The translations under genes were made by a program, and so were the position numbers. Shown piece by piece: positions 10,177 to 20,743 of a stretch of 64,000 nucleotides of DNA. Within the stretch, counting starts at the first letter, position 1; every line of letters begins with the position of its first letter. Location: NCBI GenBank assembly GCA_965200495.1, contig CBDAUG010000001.1, positions 419,423 to 483,422 of the forward strand. Direction: 5' to 3'. The notes below the pieces were generated by a model. It was given only the letters and a program-made list of their open reading frames with translations. It had not been told where the DNA came from and did not search any database. Source of the DNA: Alphaproteobacteria bacterium. GTDB lineage: Bacteria > Pseudomonadota > Alphaproteobacteria > SP197.

Positions 10177-10364
10177 GATTCCTCCTCATCCAGGCGCCGC
10201 GCCTCGTCGACCAGCATGATCGGGATGCCATCGCGGATCGGATAGGCGAGTCCTGCCTGGGCACTCACCAGCTCCTGGCGTTCGCGATCGAGCGTCAGGG
10301 GTCCCTTGGTCAGCGGACAGACCAGGATCTCGAGGAGCCGGGGATCGACGCCGGTCTCGCTCAT
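10173..10364 (-). CDS. Trm112/YcaR family protein
   Basis: [17 protein letters not shown]...[16 protein letters not shown]. Confidence 0.9.
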   Translation of the reverse strand: MSETGVDPRLLEILVCPLTKGPLTLDRERQELVSAQAGLAYPIRDGIPIMLVDEARRLDEEES

Positions 10365-10574
10365 GGCGATCGCTTCACGCAAACATGCCCCATGTGGCCT
10401 CCCTTGCGCCCGCAATCCTGCTTGCCGTGGCGCAGAAGACTTTTACGCGACTCGCCAACGTCGCCGCAATGACGAATGGCGCTTCTTCACCAGCAGATCA
10501 CGCGGACTGCCGAAAATCGACATGGCAGGAGCCGGATCAGTCCGCGGTCTCCCTGTTGCCTGGCATTGTTGGCC

Positions 10575-10735
10575 GATACCGGATCGTCGCCCTGCGCAAA
10601 CGGATGAAGCTGAGCCGGCGGAAGTTCGCCGGCCGGTTCGGGCTGGATGTGCGTACGATCCAGGACCGGGAGCAGGGCCGAAAGATTCCCGACCGCGCGG
10701 CGCGCGGGCTCCTGACCGTCATCGGATTGACCCCA
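10575..10735 (+). pseudogene. XRE-HTH antitoxin (HigA/MqsA-like) remnant
   Basis: IVALRKRMKLSRRKFAGRFGLDVRTIQDREQGRKIPDRAARGLLTVI; the conserved W of 'WEQG' is R, and there is no proper N-terminus. Confidence 0.65.
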
Positions 10736-11211
10736 TCGGGTTGCGGATCGATGACGTCGCCAATCGATCACATGAAGAGACACGTCGAGGCAATGTATTG
10801 GACGATCTGGAGGCACAGGCGTAACGCAGGCCGGCTTCTTTGCGGACTCGATACCATGGAGCGAGGCCGTGGACAGCGATCCGCGGCACACGCGCTTCAT
10901 GGGATGCAAGGCCTTCACATGATCGCCTTTCCCGGATTTTCCCGCATGTTCGCGTGTGGCAATCGCCAGACGCATGAACCTTGAGGCAGGGAACGCGTGG
11001 CTCGTTGCGCATGCGTGTGGCGATGGCCTTGCTTTCTTCAGGCCGGCTTTCCGGAACGGACACATGCGTCGCGGCCGCTTGCATGGCAAGCCACTCGCGT
11101 CGTCGATGCAGCGATCGGGGAGGCCTTGTCCGGTTCGGGGGGACTGTTGCAAAGTCGGCGCGTCTCGATCTTCCCCGAAGATTCAAGGCCACAGAGCGGG
11201 AGGCTTGCGCC

Positions 11212-11580
11212 ATGACTGTGCACGGCGTCGATCACATCAACATCACCACCGGCAACCTTGAGCGTTGCCGCGACTTCTACTGTGATGTGCTGGGTTTCGA
11301 GGAGGGCTGGCGGCCGTCGTTCGACAGTCCGGGCGCGTGGCTCTACGCGGGAGGCAGGGCGCTTGTTCATGTCAGCGTGACCGACACGCCGCGAGACGGC
11401 CTGAGCGCTGTCGATCACATTGCCTTCGCCGTCACGGGATTCGAGGCGATGATGGCCCGGCTTGGCGAGCACGGTATCCTCTTTGAAACCCGTGACGTAC
11501 CGAAGACGCCGACGAAGCAGATCTTCATCGAGGATCCCGACGGTGTCTCGGTCGAGCTCAATTTTCGCGACGGCGCCTGA
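11212..11580 (+). CDS. VOC/glyoxalase family protein
   Basis: DHINI, FYCDVLG, DHIAF, QIFIEDPDGVSVEL; GGAGG RBS. Confidence 0.9.
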   Translation: MTVHGVDHINITTGNLERCRDFYCDVLGFEEGWRPSFDSPGAWLYAGGRALVHVSVTDTPRDGLSAVDHIAFAVTGFEAMMARLGEHGILFETRDVPKTPTKQIFIEDPDGVSVELNFRDGA

Positions 11581-11803
11581 TCGGGGTGACCGCGTCCTGC
11601 CCCCTTGACGTTTGCAGCGCACGCCTTTCCACCATCCGCGTGAACGCCGTGGCCACTGCGGGCGATGGCCCATCGACGCCGGGGCTTGCGTGAAGGCACG
11701 GCCCCTGGCGAAGCACGGGATTCCGTGACTGGACAGCGACAAACCGAAAGTCGGCGATCGACCACATGACCCGATTGCATTCGTTCGACGACACCCTGAC
11801 ATC

Positions 11804-12075
11804 ATGAGAATGCGGCCCCCCCCCTGATATCGGTCTGATCATCCGCGACCGGCGCCGCAAGCTGAAGCTGAGCCAGGCTGAGTTGGCCCGCGACGCGGGC
11901 GTCGGACGACAGTGGATCGTCGCCATTGAGCATGGCAAGTGCCGGGATGGTGCTGGTTCTGCGCACCCTTTCTGCCCTGGGACTCCGCTTGACGATCAGT
12001 CCCGACAATCGCCGCAGCGACGATCCCGCCGATGTTGACGCAGTCGTAGAGGCCGCAAGGCAACACCGGACATGA
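11804..12075 (+). pseudogene. hipB: HipB-like HTH antitoxin, frameshifted
   Basis: MRMR, then a C9 run, then DIGLIIRDRRRKLKLSQAELARDAGVGRQWIVAIEHGK; a second shift precedes LVLRTLSALG...DVDAVVEAAR. Confidence 0.7.
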
Positions 12076-12373
12076 CGCAGCCTCTTGTCGTCGTTGCCAA
12101 TCGCCGGATCATGGGAGAGATCCGGCGTGACCGGCGCGGTCGCCTCACATGCGTCTACGATGGTGGCCGAACACGGAAGAGATGCGCCTGCGCCCCGCTG
12201 ACGTCCTCGCCATGGGAAAAGCCATGGCGGAGGCGGTGCCGGCGGCGCTTGACAGCACAGTGGCCGATGCCCGCGCCAACGGGCTTGATCACCCGACTGT
12301 CGAGCGCATGGCCGCCATGGTGATCGCTCGCGCGAAACTCTGTCGAGGCATTCTGGAGGCGCCGGTCGACTGA
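12072..12373 (+). pseudogene. hipA: HipA toxin with a large internal deletion
   Basis: N-terminus MTQPLVVVANRRIMGEIRRDRRGRLTCVYD joined out of frame to a C-terminal-like ...DARANGLDHPTVERMAAMVIARAKLC; ATGA overlap with hipB. Confidence 0.65.
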
Positions 12374-12459
12374 TCAGCGCCCGCGTACGGTGGCGATGGC
12401 GTGCGGGGCCCCGGCACACATGGCTTCGGTATCGGGGGACGTCTCGTCCCGGCGGCGTG

Positions 12460-13131
12460 TCACTGGCGCACGGGACTGACGTCGTCTTCCCGGCTGCCGA
12501 TCTCGAGCAGGGTGGTGAGGATGCGGGCGCGTTCGAAAAAGTCTCCGGCTTCGAGCAGGGCCTGTTTCTCCAGGGGGCTGAAGGGGCAGACCATGGAGAG
12601 CGCCGTCACCAGGGTTTCGTCGTTCGCCTTCGTGATGGCGTCCCAGTCCGCCTCGATCTGCTTCCTGTGAAAGAATTCCTTGAGGTGGGCGATGAGGGTG
12701 CCGCGCTCGATCAGGTCGGTGGTGGAGACAGGCTTCATGTCGTCGGCGAAGTCCGTGTAGTCGGCGTCGACCAGACGGTAGGCGCCGGCGGCAAGGTCAT
12801 GTTCGCGCGCCACGCGGTAGCGCACCAGTCCGATCAGCGTAATCAGGTAGCGGCCGTCGTCGGTTTCGGTGAACTGGATGATGCGTCCGGCGCATCCGAC
12901 AGCGAAGCAATGGGCTGATCCGACATCATCCGCCTCCTCGTCCGGCTGGATCATGCCGATCACACGGCTGTCGGATTTGAGCGCATCCTCGACCATGGAA
13001 ACATAGCGCGGCTCGAAGATGTTGAGCGGCAGGGTGCCACGCGGCAGAAGCAGGGCCCCGGGCAGGGGAAACACGGGAATTGTCGACGGCAGTGCGTCGA
13101 TGGTGCGGTAGTACGGCAGGCCCGCCATCAC
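12460..13131 (-). CDS. LON peptidase substrate-binding domain protein
   Basis: IPVFPLPGALLLPRGTLPLNIFEPRY, EKQALLEA. Confidence 0.92.
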   Translation of the reverse strand: MMAGLPYYRTIDALPSTIPVFPLPGALLLPRGTLPLNIFEPRYVSMVEDALKSDSRVIGMIQPDEEADDVGSAHCFAVGCAGRIIQFTETDDGRYLITLIGLVRYRVAREHDLAAGAYRLVDADYTDFADDMKPVSTTDLIERGTLIAHLKEFFHRKQIEADWDAITKANDETLVTALSMVCPFSPLEKQALLEAGDFFERARILTTLLEIGSREDDVSPVRQ

Positions 13132-13146
13132 GCCATGACCCCAGTC

Positions 13147-14055
13147 CTAGCTGAACCAGGCCGACGACAGCTTGCGGCGGCCGTCGACAGCCGCTTGGTC
13201 GGTCGGCCCCCAGGCCTCGAAGAACTTCAGGAGCTCCTTGCGCGCCGCCTCGTCATTCCAGTCGCGCTTGAGGGCAATGATGGCGATCAGCTGATCGACC
13301 GCGTCCTCGCGCCGGTCGATGGCGGCGAGCGCCCGCGCCAGTTCGAGCCGCGCCTCGAAATCCTTCCCGTCGGCCGCGATCCTCGCCTCGAGCGCCTCCA
13401 TGTCGCCGGTGGCGCCGCCCAGGAGTTCCAGTTGCGCCCTGACACCCTTGATGCGTTCGTCGTCGGCGATCGCCTCGTCAAGGCCATCGAGCAGGTCCGT
13501 CACCTCACCGGTGCGCCCCAGGGCGATGAGCGAGCGGCACAGGCCGACCGCCGCATCGACGTTGTCTGTCTCGCGCGTCAGGACCTGGCGGTAGATGGCC
13601 GCGGCTTGCTCGGCAGAGCCCCCTTCCAGGACTTCGTCCGCCTGGGCGAGCGCCTGCTCCACGGCACTCGGCCCGATATCACCGACCAGGCGTTCGACAA
13701 AGGCCTTGATCTGGCTCTCCGGCTGGACACCGACGAAACCGTCCACCGGCTGCCCCTGATCAAAGGCGAACACCGCCGGAATCGACTGCACCCTCAGGGC
13801 CTGGGCGATCTGCGGCTCCTCATCGATGTTGATCTTCACCAGGGTGACCTTGCCGGCTGCCGCCCGGATCACCTTTTCGAGAACGGGGGCGACCTGCTTG
13901 CAGGGCCCGCACCAGGGCGCCCACAGGTCGACGATGACCGGTTTTTCGCGGGACGCCAGCAGGACATCCTGCTCGAATGTCGCCGTGGTCACGTCCTTGA
14001 CGTCACCGGCCTGTGGCGCAGCCTGAGACTGTCCTTCCTGGATGATGAACGCCAT
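13147..14055 (-). CDS. cnoX: Thioredoxin-TPR co-chaperone YbbN/CnoX
   Basis: WAPWCGPC, TPR region, C-terminal GRRKLSS. Confidence 0.9.
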   Translation of the reverse strand: MAFIIQEGQSQAAPQAGDVKDVTTATFEQDVLLASREKPVIVDLWAPWCGPCKQVAPVLEKVIRAAAGKVTLVKINIDEEPQIAQALRVQSIPAVFAFDQGQPVDGFVGVQPESQIKAFVERLVGDIGPSAVEQALAQADEVLEGGSAEQAAAIYRQVLTRETDNVDAAVGLCRSLIALGRTGEVTDLLDGLDEAIADDERIKGVRAQLELLGGATGDMEALEARIAADGKDFEARLELARALAAIDRREDAVDQLIAIIALKRDWNDEAARKELLKFFEAWGPTDQAAVDGRRKLSSAWFS

Positions 14056-14134
14056 GATCGCCGCCTTCCTGGTCTGATGTCTGGTGCTGGTCCGTTAGGT
14101 GGGACGGCTGTCGCCGAATAGCAAGGCCGGATGT

Positions 14135-15202
14135 CTATTGCGCCGCCTTCATGAAGGCACGCGCACTCGGAAAGGCCGGCATGACCTCGTCGATGAACAG
14201 GCGCAACGAGGACCTTTGCATCTCGAAGGTCGGTCCGGTCACGCGATAGAGGAAGTTGTCGACACCGAGAGACTCGTAGCGGCGCAGCTTGGCAATCACC
14301 TCCTCGGGCGTGCCGAAGACCAGATTGGTGCGCAGCATGTCGGGATCGTATTCGGCCACATTGTCGAGTGAGGCGAGATCAACGGCCTCGACAAAGCCGT
14401 TCTTCACCTCTCCGAGCTGCTTGAAAAGATTCTCGAACTGAACGCCGCCTCTCTGCACCGCTTCGACATAGGGCTGCCAGCCGCGCTCGCTGTCCTGGTA
14501 GACGGCGGCATGGCGCATCGTCAGGAAGCGCGGTCGCGCAATGCCCGGAACCCGCGCCAGCGCATCCTCGAACTGCTGGTGGTACTTCTCGACCTCGCTG
14601 AAGGGACGGGTCAGCGCCCAGGACATGATGTTGCACCCCTGGGAGAGGGCCCAGTCGTAGGTGGAGGGATGACGCGCCGCGACCCACAGCGGAGGGTGGG
14701 GTTTCTGCAGGGGCTTGGGGCAGGCGGTTGCCGCAGGAAAGGACCATAACGCGCCGCGGTGTTCGTGGTCTCCGGCCCACAGACCCTTGAGCACCGGCAG
14801 CATCTCCTGCATGTAGGCGACCCCCTGGTGCTGGTCCATGCCGCCCATCATGCGGTCGAACTCGCGCTGGTAGGCGCCGCGGCCGATACCGAACTCCACC
14901 CGTCCGCCCGACATGAGATCGAGCAGGCCGACCTCTCCGGCCACCTTGATCGGGTGCCAGTAAGGAGCCTGGACCACGGCAACGCCGAGGCGGATCCGGT
15001 CGGTGTTGGCGCCGAACCACGCCAGCAACTGCAAGGGGTTGGGCGCAATCGTCATCTCGATCGCATGGTGTTCGGCCGCCCAGACGATCTCGAATCCCCC
15101 CGATTCGGCCAGCTGCACCATGTCCATGGCGTGGCGCGCGACATCCCGCATGTCGACCGACGGGTTGTCGCGGGCAAGATCGATCGACAGACTGAACTTC
15201 AT
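14135..15202 (-). CDS. LLM-class flavin-dependent monooxygenase
   Basis: WAAEHH, LDLMSGGRVEFGIGRG, PKPLQKPHPPLW. Confidence 0.92.
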   Translation of the reverse strand: MKFSLSIDLARDNPSVDMRDVARHAMDMVQLAESGGFEIVWAAEHHAIEMTIAPNPLQLLAWFGANTDRIRLGVAVVQAPYWHPIKVAGEVGLLDLMSGGRVEFGIGRGAYQREFDRMMGGMDQHQGVAYMQEMLPVLKGLWAGDHEHRGALWSFPAATACPKPLQKPHPPLWVAARHPSTYDWALSQGCNIMSWALTRPFSEVEKYHQQFEDALARVPGIARPRFLTMRHAAVYQDSERGWQPYVEAVQRGGVQFENLFKQLGEVKNGFVEAVDLASLDNVAEYDPDMLRTNLVFGTPEEVIAKLRRYESLGVDNFLYRVTGPTFEMQRSSLRLFIDEVMPAFPSARAFMKAAQ

Positions 15203-15271
15203 CGCGCCTCTTCCCTGTCACTGACGCCGGATACTATGCCAGGATCGATTCCGGTGGTATCGCGGCGTCTC

Positions 15272-16156
15272 TCATGCCGGGGCAAGTCCGAGTTTCCGGC
15301 GCGCTTCGGGCGCGCCGACGATGCGTCCGCCCATCATCTCGATGAGACCGGCCGCCTTCTCGACAAGCTGGCCGTTGCTCGCCAGCACCCCGCGTTCGAG
15401 ATAGAGGTTGTCCTCGAGACCGACCCGGACATTGCCGCCCAGAAGCATGGCCTGGGCGACCATGGGCATCTGCATGCGGCTGATGCCGAACCCGGCCCAG
15501 TTGGCCCCCCGGGGCAGGCAGTCGGCCATCGTCATCATGGAACGCGTATCGGCCCCCGCGCCCCAGGGAATGCCAAGGCAGACCTGGAAGAGGGGCGGGT
15601 CGACGATGAGTCCCTCGTCGTACATGGCGCATGCGAGACGGACCTGGCCGAGATCGAACACCTCGATCTCCGGCTTGACCCCCATCTCGCGGATGCGCGA
15701 CGCCATGGTGCGGCACCACGAGGCCGGGTTGACGTAGGTCTCGTTGCCATCGCCGAAGTTGATGGTGCCGCAGTCGAGAGAGCAGATCTCCGGACGCAGC
15801 CGTTCGACATGCTGCAGCCGTTCGACGGGACCGACGATGTCGCTGCCCGGACCGGGGCGCGACGGATTGTCGTCGTCGAGGTTGAGGTCGCCGCCCATGC
15901 CCGCCGTGAGGTTGAGAATCACGTCGACGCCATCCTGCCTGATCAGGTTCACGGTCTCCTCGAACAGGTCGGGATCACGCGATCCCTTGCCGGTCTCGGG
16001 GTCACGCACGTGGACATGGGCGACCGCGGCGCCCGCGTGGGCCGCCTCGATCGCCGCATCGGCGATTTGGCGCGGAGTGACCGGAACCTTGTCGCTGCGT
16101 GAAGCCGTATCGCCGGCGCCGGTCACGGCGCAGGTGATGATCACGTCCGTGTTCAT
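15272..16156 (-). CDS. Beta-keto acid cleavage enzyme (DUF849/BKACE, dehydrocarnitine-cleavage type)
   Basis: [25 protein letters not shown]. Confidence 0.92.
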   Translation of the reverse strand: MNTDVIITCAVTGAGDTASRSDKVPVTPRQIADAAIEAAHAGAAVAHVHVRDPETGKGSRDPDLFEETVNLIRQDGVDVILNLTAGMGGDLNLDDDNPSRPGPGSDIVGPVERLQHVERLRPEICSLDCGTINFGDGNETYVNPASWCRTMASRIREMGVKPEIEVFDLGQVRLACAMYDEGLIVDPPLFQVCLGIPWGAGADTRSMMTMADCLPRGANWAGFGISRMQMPMVAQAMLLGGNVRVGLEDNLYLERGVLASNGQLVEKAAGLIEMMGGRIVGAPEARRKLGLAPA

Positions 16157-16191
16157 GGATGATCCTCCTGATCAGTCACGTGGCTGAATGG

Positions 16192-17145
16192 TCACAAACC
16201 GGCCGCGCGGCGGGCCCTCAGAACTCCGACAAGTCCCTCGTTCATCTTCGCCGACAGCGTCCGGAAATCCTCTCCCGGGGCGGCGGCGTCACAGCCGTCG
16301 ATGAGGCGTCGCGCGAGATCGTCGGTGAGATCAGGCGCCTCAAGGCGGCTCCAGGGAAGTTTCAGTGCCGGCCCGAACTGCTCCAGGCAATAGGCCATGC
16401 CACCCTCGCCGCCTCCGACATGGTACACCATGCACGGGCCCATGAGGGCCCAGCGTGGCCCGGGACCGTTGGTGACCGCCGTGTCGATCTGCTCCACCGT
16501 CGCCTCTCCGGTCGCAATCATGTGCAGGGCCTCACGCCAGATCGCCTCCTGCAACCGCGTGGCGATGAACCCGGGAATCTCGCGTTCCATGACAAGGGGA
16601 GCCTTGCCGAGATGACGAAAGAACGCTGCCGTCCAGGTCACCACGTCCGGGTCCGTGCGGCGGCCGGCCACGATCTCGACCAGTGGCATGAGATAGGGCG
16701 GATTGAAGGGGTGCCCGGTGACCGTACGCTCCGGCGACGGACAGCGCGCCTGGATGTCGCTCATCGAAAGGCCCGAGGTCGAGGAACACAGGACAATGTC
16801 CTGTGGCGCCAGACGGCCCAAGTCGGCGTAGACCGCCTGTTTCACCTCGAGTATCTCCGGCACGCTTTCCTGCACGAAATCGGCCCCGGCGACGGCCTCC
16901 TCCAGATCCGTGGTGACATGCAACCGCGCGGGCGATGCACCGTCGGCCGTGCCGAGTTGCTCCAGGGAATTCCAGGCTGTCGCCACCAGGGAGCGCAGTT
17001 TCTCTTCCTCGTCCTCCCGGAGAACCCAGGAGGTCACGTCATGGCCGGTGGCCAGGAAGAACGCCGCCCACCCGGCGCCGATCGGCCCGGCGCCGAGGCA
17101 GGCAACGGTCAAGACGCGCTGCGGGCGAGGCCGACCCGTCATCAT
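16192..17145 (-). CDS. L-carnitine dehydrogenase-like (3-hydroxyacyl-CoA DH family)
   Basis: GAGPIGAGW, QESVPE, SSTSG, GHPFNPPYLMPLVE, REALH. Confidence 0.85.
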   Translation of the reverse strand: MMTGRPRPQRVLTVACLGAGPIGAGWAAFFLATGHDVTSWVLREDEEEKLRSLVATAWNSLEQLGTADGASPARLHVTTDLEEAVAGADFVQESVPEILEVKQAVYADLGRLAPQDIVLCSSTSGLSMSDIQARCPSPERTVTGHPFNPPYLMPLVEIVAGRRTDPDVVTWTAAFFRHLGKAPLVMEREIPGFIATRLQEAIWREALHMIATGEATVEQIDTAVTNGPGPRWALMGPCMVYHVGGGEGGMAYCLEQFGPALKLPWSRLEAPDLTDDLARRLIDGCDAAAPGEDFRTLSAKMNEGLVGVLRARRAAGL

Positions 17146-17942
17146 CTGCCCAGGAAGACCGGCTGACGCCGCTCGACGAAGGCATGGATACCCTCACGCG
17201 CGTCATCGGAAGCCAGCATCCGCCGGTAGAGGGGGAGATCGGCCGAACGCATGGTTGTGAAGGCGCCCTCGACGGTTTCTCCCTCGATGGCCCGCAGCAC
17301 CTCCTTGACCGCACCCAGCGCCAGCGGCGCACCGTCAGCGAGACGCGTGCCCCAATGGCGGGCCTTCGCCATGAGCTGCGCCGCCGGAACGACAGCGTTC
17401 ACCAGTCCCAGCCGCCGCGCCTCGGCGGCCTTCATGCGGCGGCCGAGCAGCAGCATCTCCATGGCGACGTTGGTCGGCAGGCGTCGTGGCAGGCGCTGCA
17501 GGGCTCCGGCGTCCGGGACAATGCCAAGGGGCAGTTCGGGCAGGGCAAACTCCACATGGTCGGCGGCGATGACAAGGTCACAGGCGAGCGCAATCTCGAA
17601 CCCGCCACCGATGGCATGACCGTTGAGGGCGGCGATCACCGGCTTGTCGAGATTCCACATCTCCGTGATGCCGGCGAAGCCGCCCAGCGAGGCGTCTTCC
17701 GTTTCCCACCAGTTGTCGAGTTGCTGATCGCCGCTGTCGAGAGCCTTGAGGTCCCAGCCGGCGGAGAACAGGCGGTCTCCGGAAGCCGTGAGAATCGCGA
17801 CCCGAAGTTCGGGATCATCACGAAAGGCGACGAAGGCCTCCCCCATGAGGCGGCTGGTGGCGCGGTCGATGGCGTTGACCTTCGGCCGCTCGATCGTGAT
17901 TTCGAGCAACTGGCCGCGCCGCTCGACACCAATCCCGCCCAT
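17142..17942 (-). CDS. Enoyl-CoA hydratase (carnitinyl-CoA dehydratase CaiD-like)
   Basis: RPKVNAID, FSAGWDLK, GGGFE, LPE. Confidence 0.88.
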   Translation of the reverse strand: MGGIGVERRGQLLEITIERPKVNAIDRATSRLMGEAFVAFRDDPELRVAILTASGDRLFSAGWDLKALDSGDQQLDNWWETEDASLGGFAGITEMWNLDKPVIAALNGHAIGGGFEIALACDLVIAADHVEFALPELPLGIVPDAGALQRLPRRLPTNVAMEMLLLGRRMKAAEARRLGLVNAVVPAAQLMAKARHWGTRLADGAPLALGAVKEVLRAIEGETVEGAFTTMRSADLPLYRRMLASDDAREGIHAFVERRQPVFLGR

Positions 17943-18685
17943 CAGATCAGTCGCGCCGGCGTGTAGGAAGCACGGGCCGTCGCGATCGCCCCGGCAAGAT
18001 CGATGCGGCCAAGGAACAGCGCCCGGCCGATGATGCAGCCGCCGATGTTCGGCAGGTACTTCAGCATCGAGACATCGTCGATGCCGGTCACCGTGCCACT
18101 CGATATCACCGGCACATCGAGAGCTTCACCCATGCGCATGGTCCGGGCAAGGCTGTGCTCCTTGGGTTCCTTGTCACGGTCGAGATCAACAAAGACGATT
18201 TCCGAGATACCGGCCGCCACAAGGCTCTTCGCCATCTCCGTCGCCGGGAAGGCGGTTTCCTCGCGCCAGCCCTCGATGACCACCATGCCGCTGCGCGCCG
18301 CCACCGTGGCAATGACGCGGTCCGGGTAGGCCGTGCAGGCCTCGGCGGCAAGGTGTATGTCCTTGACGGCCGCCGTCCCCAGACCAATGCGCCACGCGCC
18401 GTGCTCGAACCACCAGTGCACGGCCCCGATGGAGCGGATTCCGCCTGCGACCTGGACCGGAATGGTCACGCTGTCGATGATACGGCAGATCTGCTCGGCG
18501 TTGTGACGGCCACCCTGGAGCGTGCCGTCGACATCCACCACATGAAGGCAGTCGGCGCCGGCATCGGCGAACCAGCGGGCGGCATCCTCCGGGGAAAGAT
18601 CGAAGGGCTCGGGAGTTTCGTGGCGGCCATCCACGCGATTGACCGCCTTGCCTCCCATGATTTCGATGGTGGGGTAGATCTTCAT
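17942..18685 (-). CDS. Divergent HisA/HisF-family TIM-barrel protein
   Basis: IYPTIEI, LHVVDVDG, VQVAGGIR, IIGRALF. Confidence 0.8.
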   Translation of the reverse strand: MKIYPTIEIMGGKAVNRVDGRHETPEPFDLSPEDAARWFADAGADCLHVVDVDGTLQGGRHNAEQICRIIDSVTIPVQVAGGIRSIGAVHWWFEHGAWRIGLGTAAVKDIHLAAEACTAYPDRVIATVAARSGMVVIEGWREETAFPATEMAKSLVAAGISEIVFVDLDRDKEPKEHSLARTMRMGEALDVPVISSGTVTGIDDVSMLKYLPNIGGCIIGRALFLGRIDLAGAIATARASYTPARLI

Positions 18686-18731
18686 GGCCTCGAACCGTAT
18701 CCGGACGGCGCCATCATAGGCGAGAACCGCC

Positions 18732-19145
18732 TCACCGCGCGACTCGGGGTGTCGCGTCGGGCGGCCTGAACGCGATGACCTCGATTTCGACACGGACATC
18801 GACCAGAAGCTCTGAGATGACCGCCGAACGGGCAGGCGGATCCACCGGAAAGTACTCCGCATAGACCGTGTCGAACCCCGGGAAGTCGGCGCGGTCCCGC
18901 AGCCACACCATGGCCTTCACCACGTCGCCCAGATCGCAGCCTGCCTGTGCCAGGGTTTCGCGAATCGCCGCGATCACGGCCCGGGTCTGGTCCTCGACGG
19001 TGCCGCGGGTCATCGGCTTGCCGTCTTCCAGGGGAATCTGGCCGGTGAGGAACACGAAGTCCCCGGCCCGGATGGCGCGGGACAGCGACAGGACCCGCCC
19101 GCCTATCGAGAGCGGCTCGCCGATCACCTGCTTCCTGTTTGTCAT
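18732..19145 (-). CDS. RidA family protein
   Basis: VFLTGQIP, PPARS, VEIE. Confidence 0.9.
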   Translation of the reverse strand: MTNRKQVIGEPLSIGGRVLSLSRAIRAGDFVFLTGQIPLEDGKPMTRGTVEDQTRAVIAAIRETLAQAGCDLGDVVKAMVWLRDRADFPGFDTVYAEYFPVDPPARSAVISELLVDVRVEIEVIAFRPPDATPRVAR

Positions 19146-19247
19146 GGTCCCGGCCTTCCCTGATACGGCCGGTCACACTGCGGGAAGTTGCGTTCAGTGT
19201 GCAAGCCTGTGTTGAATGGCTGCTGTCAGGAACGGGACCGGGGATCT

Positions 19248-20732
19248 ATGGAAGAACTCAGGCACTACCGCATGCTGATCGACGGCGCATGGATCAATTC
19301 CGGAGACGGCGGCGCCTTCGAGAGCATCAACCCGGCGACCGGCAAGGCCTGGGCCACGGTCGCTGCCGCCACCGCGGACGATGTCGACCGGGCTGTCCAG
19401 GCGGCTCATCGCGCCTTCACCGGCGGTCCCTGGGCAACCATGCTGCCGACACAGCGTGGCCGCCTGCTGCGCAATCTTGCCGGCCTGCTTGCCGAGCGCT
19501 CGGAAGGTCTGGGCCGAACCGAGTGCATCGACACCGGAAAGATGTTCAAGGAGACACGCTGGCAGGCACGCTATATCGCCGAGTTCTTTCATTTCTATGC
19601 GGGCCTCGCCGACAAGGTGACCGGCGACACCCTGCCCATCGACAGGCACGACATGCTCACCATGACGACGCGTGAACCCCTTGGCGTGGTTGCCGCCGTC
19701 GTGCCCTGGAACAGCCAGCTCTTCCTCGTCGCGGTCAAGATCGCCCCGGCGCTTGCAGCCGGCAATACCGTGGTCCTGAAGGCCAGCGAACATGCGCCGG
19801 CCGCCATGCTGGAATTTGCCGAGCTCGCCATGGAGGCCGGATTCCCGCCCGGTGTGATCAACGTTGTCACCGGCCATGGCGAACCATGCGGGCGCGCCCT
19901 GACCACTCATCCCCTGGTGGCGCGAATCAGTTTCACGGGCGGACCGGCGACGGCCCGGCATGTCGTCAGGAACTCCGCCGAGAATTTCGCCGAAGTCTCC
20001 CTGGAACTGGGAGGCAAGTCCCCCATCATCGTCTTCGGCGATGCCGATATCGAGAGTGCGGTCAATGGCTCCCTTGCCGGCATCTTCGGCGCCAGCGGAC
20101 AGAGCTGTGTGGCCGGCAGCCGGATCTACCTCCATGAATCGATTCATGACGCCTTCGTCGAACGCCTTGTGGCGCGGGCGCGCGACATCCGCATCGGCGA
20201 CCCCCTGGCCGACGACACCCAGATGGGGCCGCTGTGCACCATGGCCCAGCTCGAGGGATGCGAGCGCCAGGTGGCCCGCGCCGTGGAACAGGGAGGCGCC
20301 CTGCTCACCGGCGGCAGGCGCCCGGACCATCCCGATGCCGGCTGGTACTTCGAACCGACAATCGTGTCCTGCCCCGACCAGTCGATGGAGATTGTCGATA
20401 CCGAGATGTTCGGGCCCGTGCTCTCGGCGCTGCGCTTCAGCGGCGAAGACGAAGTCGTCACCCTGGCCAACGACACGCGCTACGGACTCGCGGCGGGGGT
20501 CTTCACACGCGATCTTGCCCGGGCCTTGCGTGTCCAGAAACGGCTTCGCGCCGGAATCGTGTGGATCAACACCTACCGCGTGGTGTCGCCCATCGCCGAA
20601 TTCGGCGGCTTCAAGGACTCCGGCTACGGGCGCGAATCGGGCGCCCAGGCGATCTACGACTATACCCGGCCCAAGACCGTGTGGATCAACACGTCGGATG
20701 CGCCGATGGATAACCCCTTCATCATGCGATAG
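19248..20732 (+). CDS. Aldehyde dehydrogenase
   Basis: PWN, FTGG, LELGGKSP, GQSCVAG, EMFGPV. Confidence 0.95.
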   Translation: MEELRHYRMLIDGAWINSGDGGAFESINPATGKAWATVAAATADDVDRAVQAAHRAFTGGPWATMLPTQRGRLLRNLAGLLAERSEGLGRTECIDTGKMFKETRWQARYIAEFFHFYAGLADKVTGDTLPIDRHDMLTMTTREPLGVVAAVVPWNSQLFLVAVKIAPALAAGNTVVLKASEHAPAAMLEFAELAMEAGFPPGVINVVTGHGEPCGRALTTHPLVARISFTGGPATARHVVRNSAENFAEVSLELGGKSPIIVFGDADIESAVNGSLAGIFGASGQSCVAGSRIYLHESIHDAFVERLVARARDIRIGDPLADDTQMGPLCTMAQLEGCERQVARAVEQGGALLTGGRRPDHPDAGWYFEPTIVSCPDQSMEIVDTEMFGPVLSALRFSGEDEVVTLANDTRYGLAAGVFTRDLARALRVQKRLRAGIVWINTYRVVSPIAEFGGFKDSGYGRESGAQAIYDYTRPKTVWINTSDAPMDNPFIMR

Positions 20733-20743
20733 GCCCGCAGACC

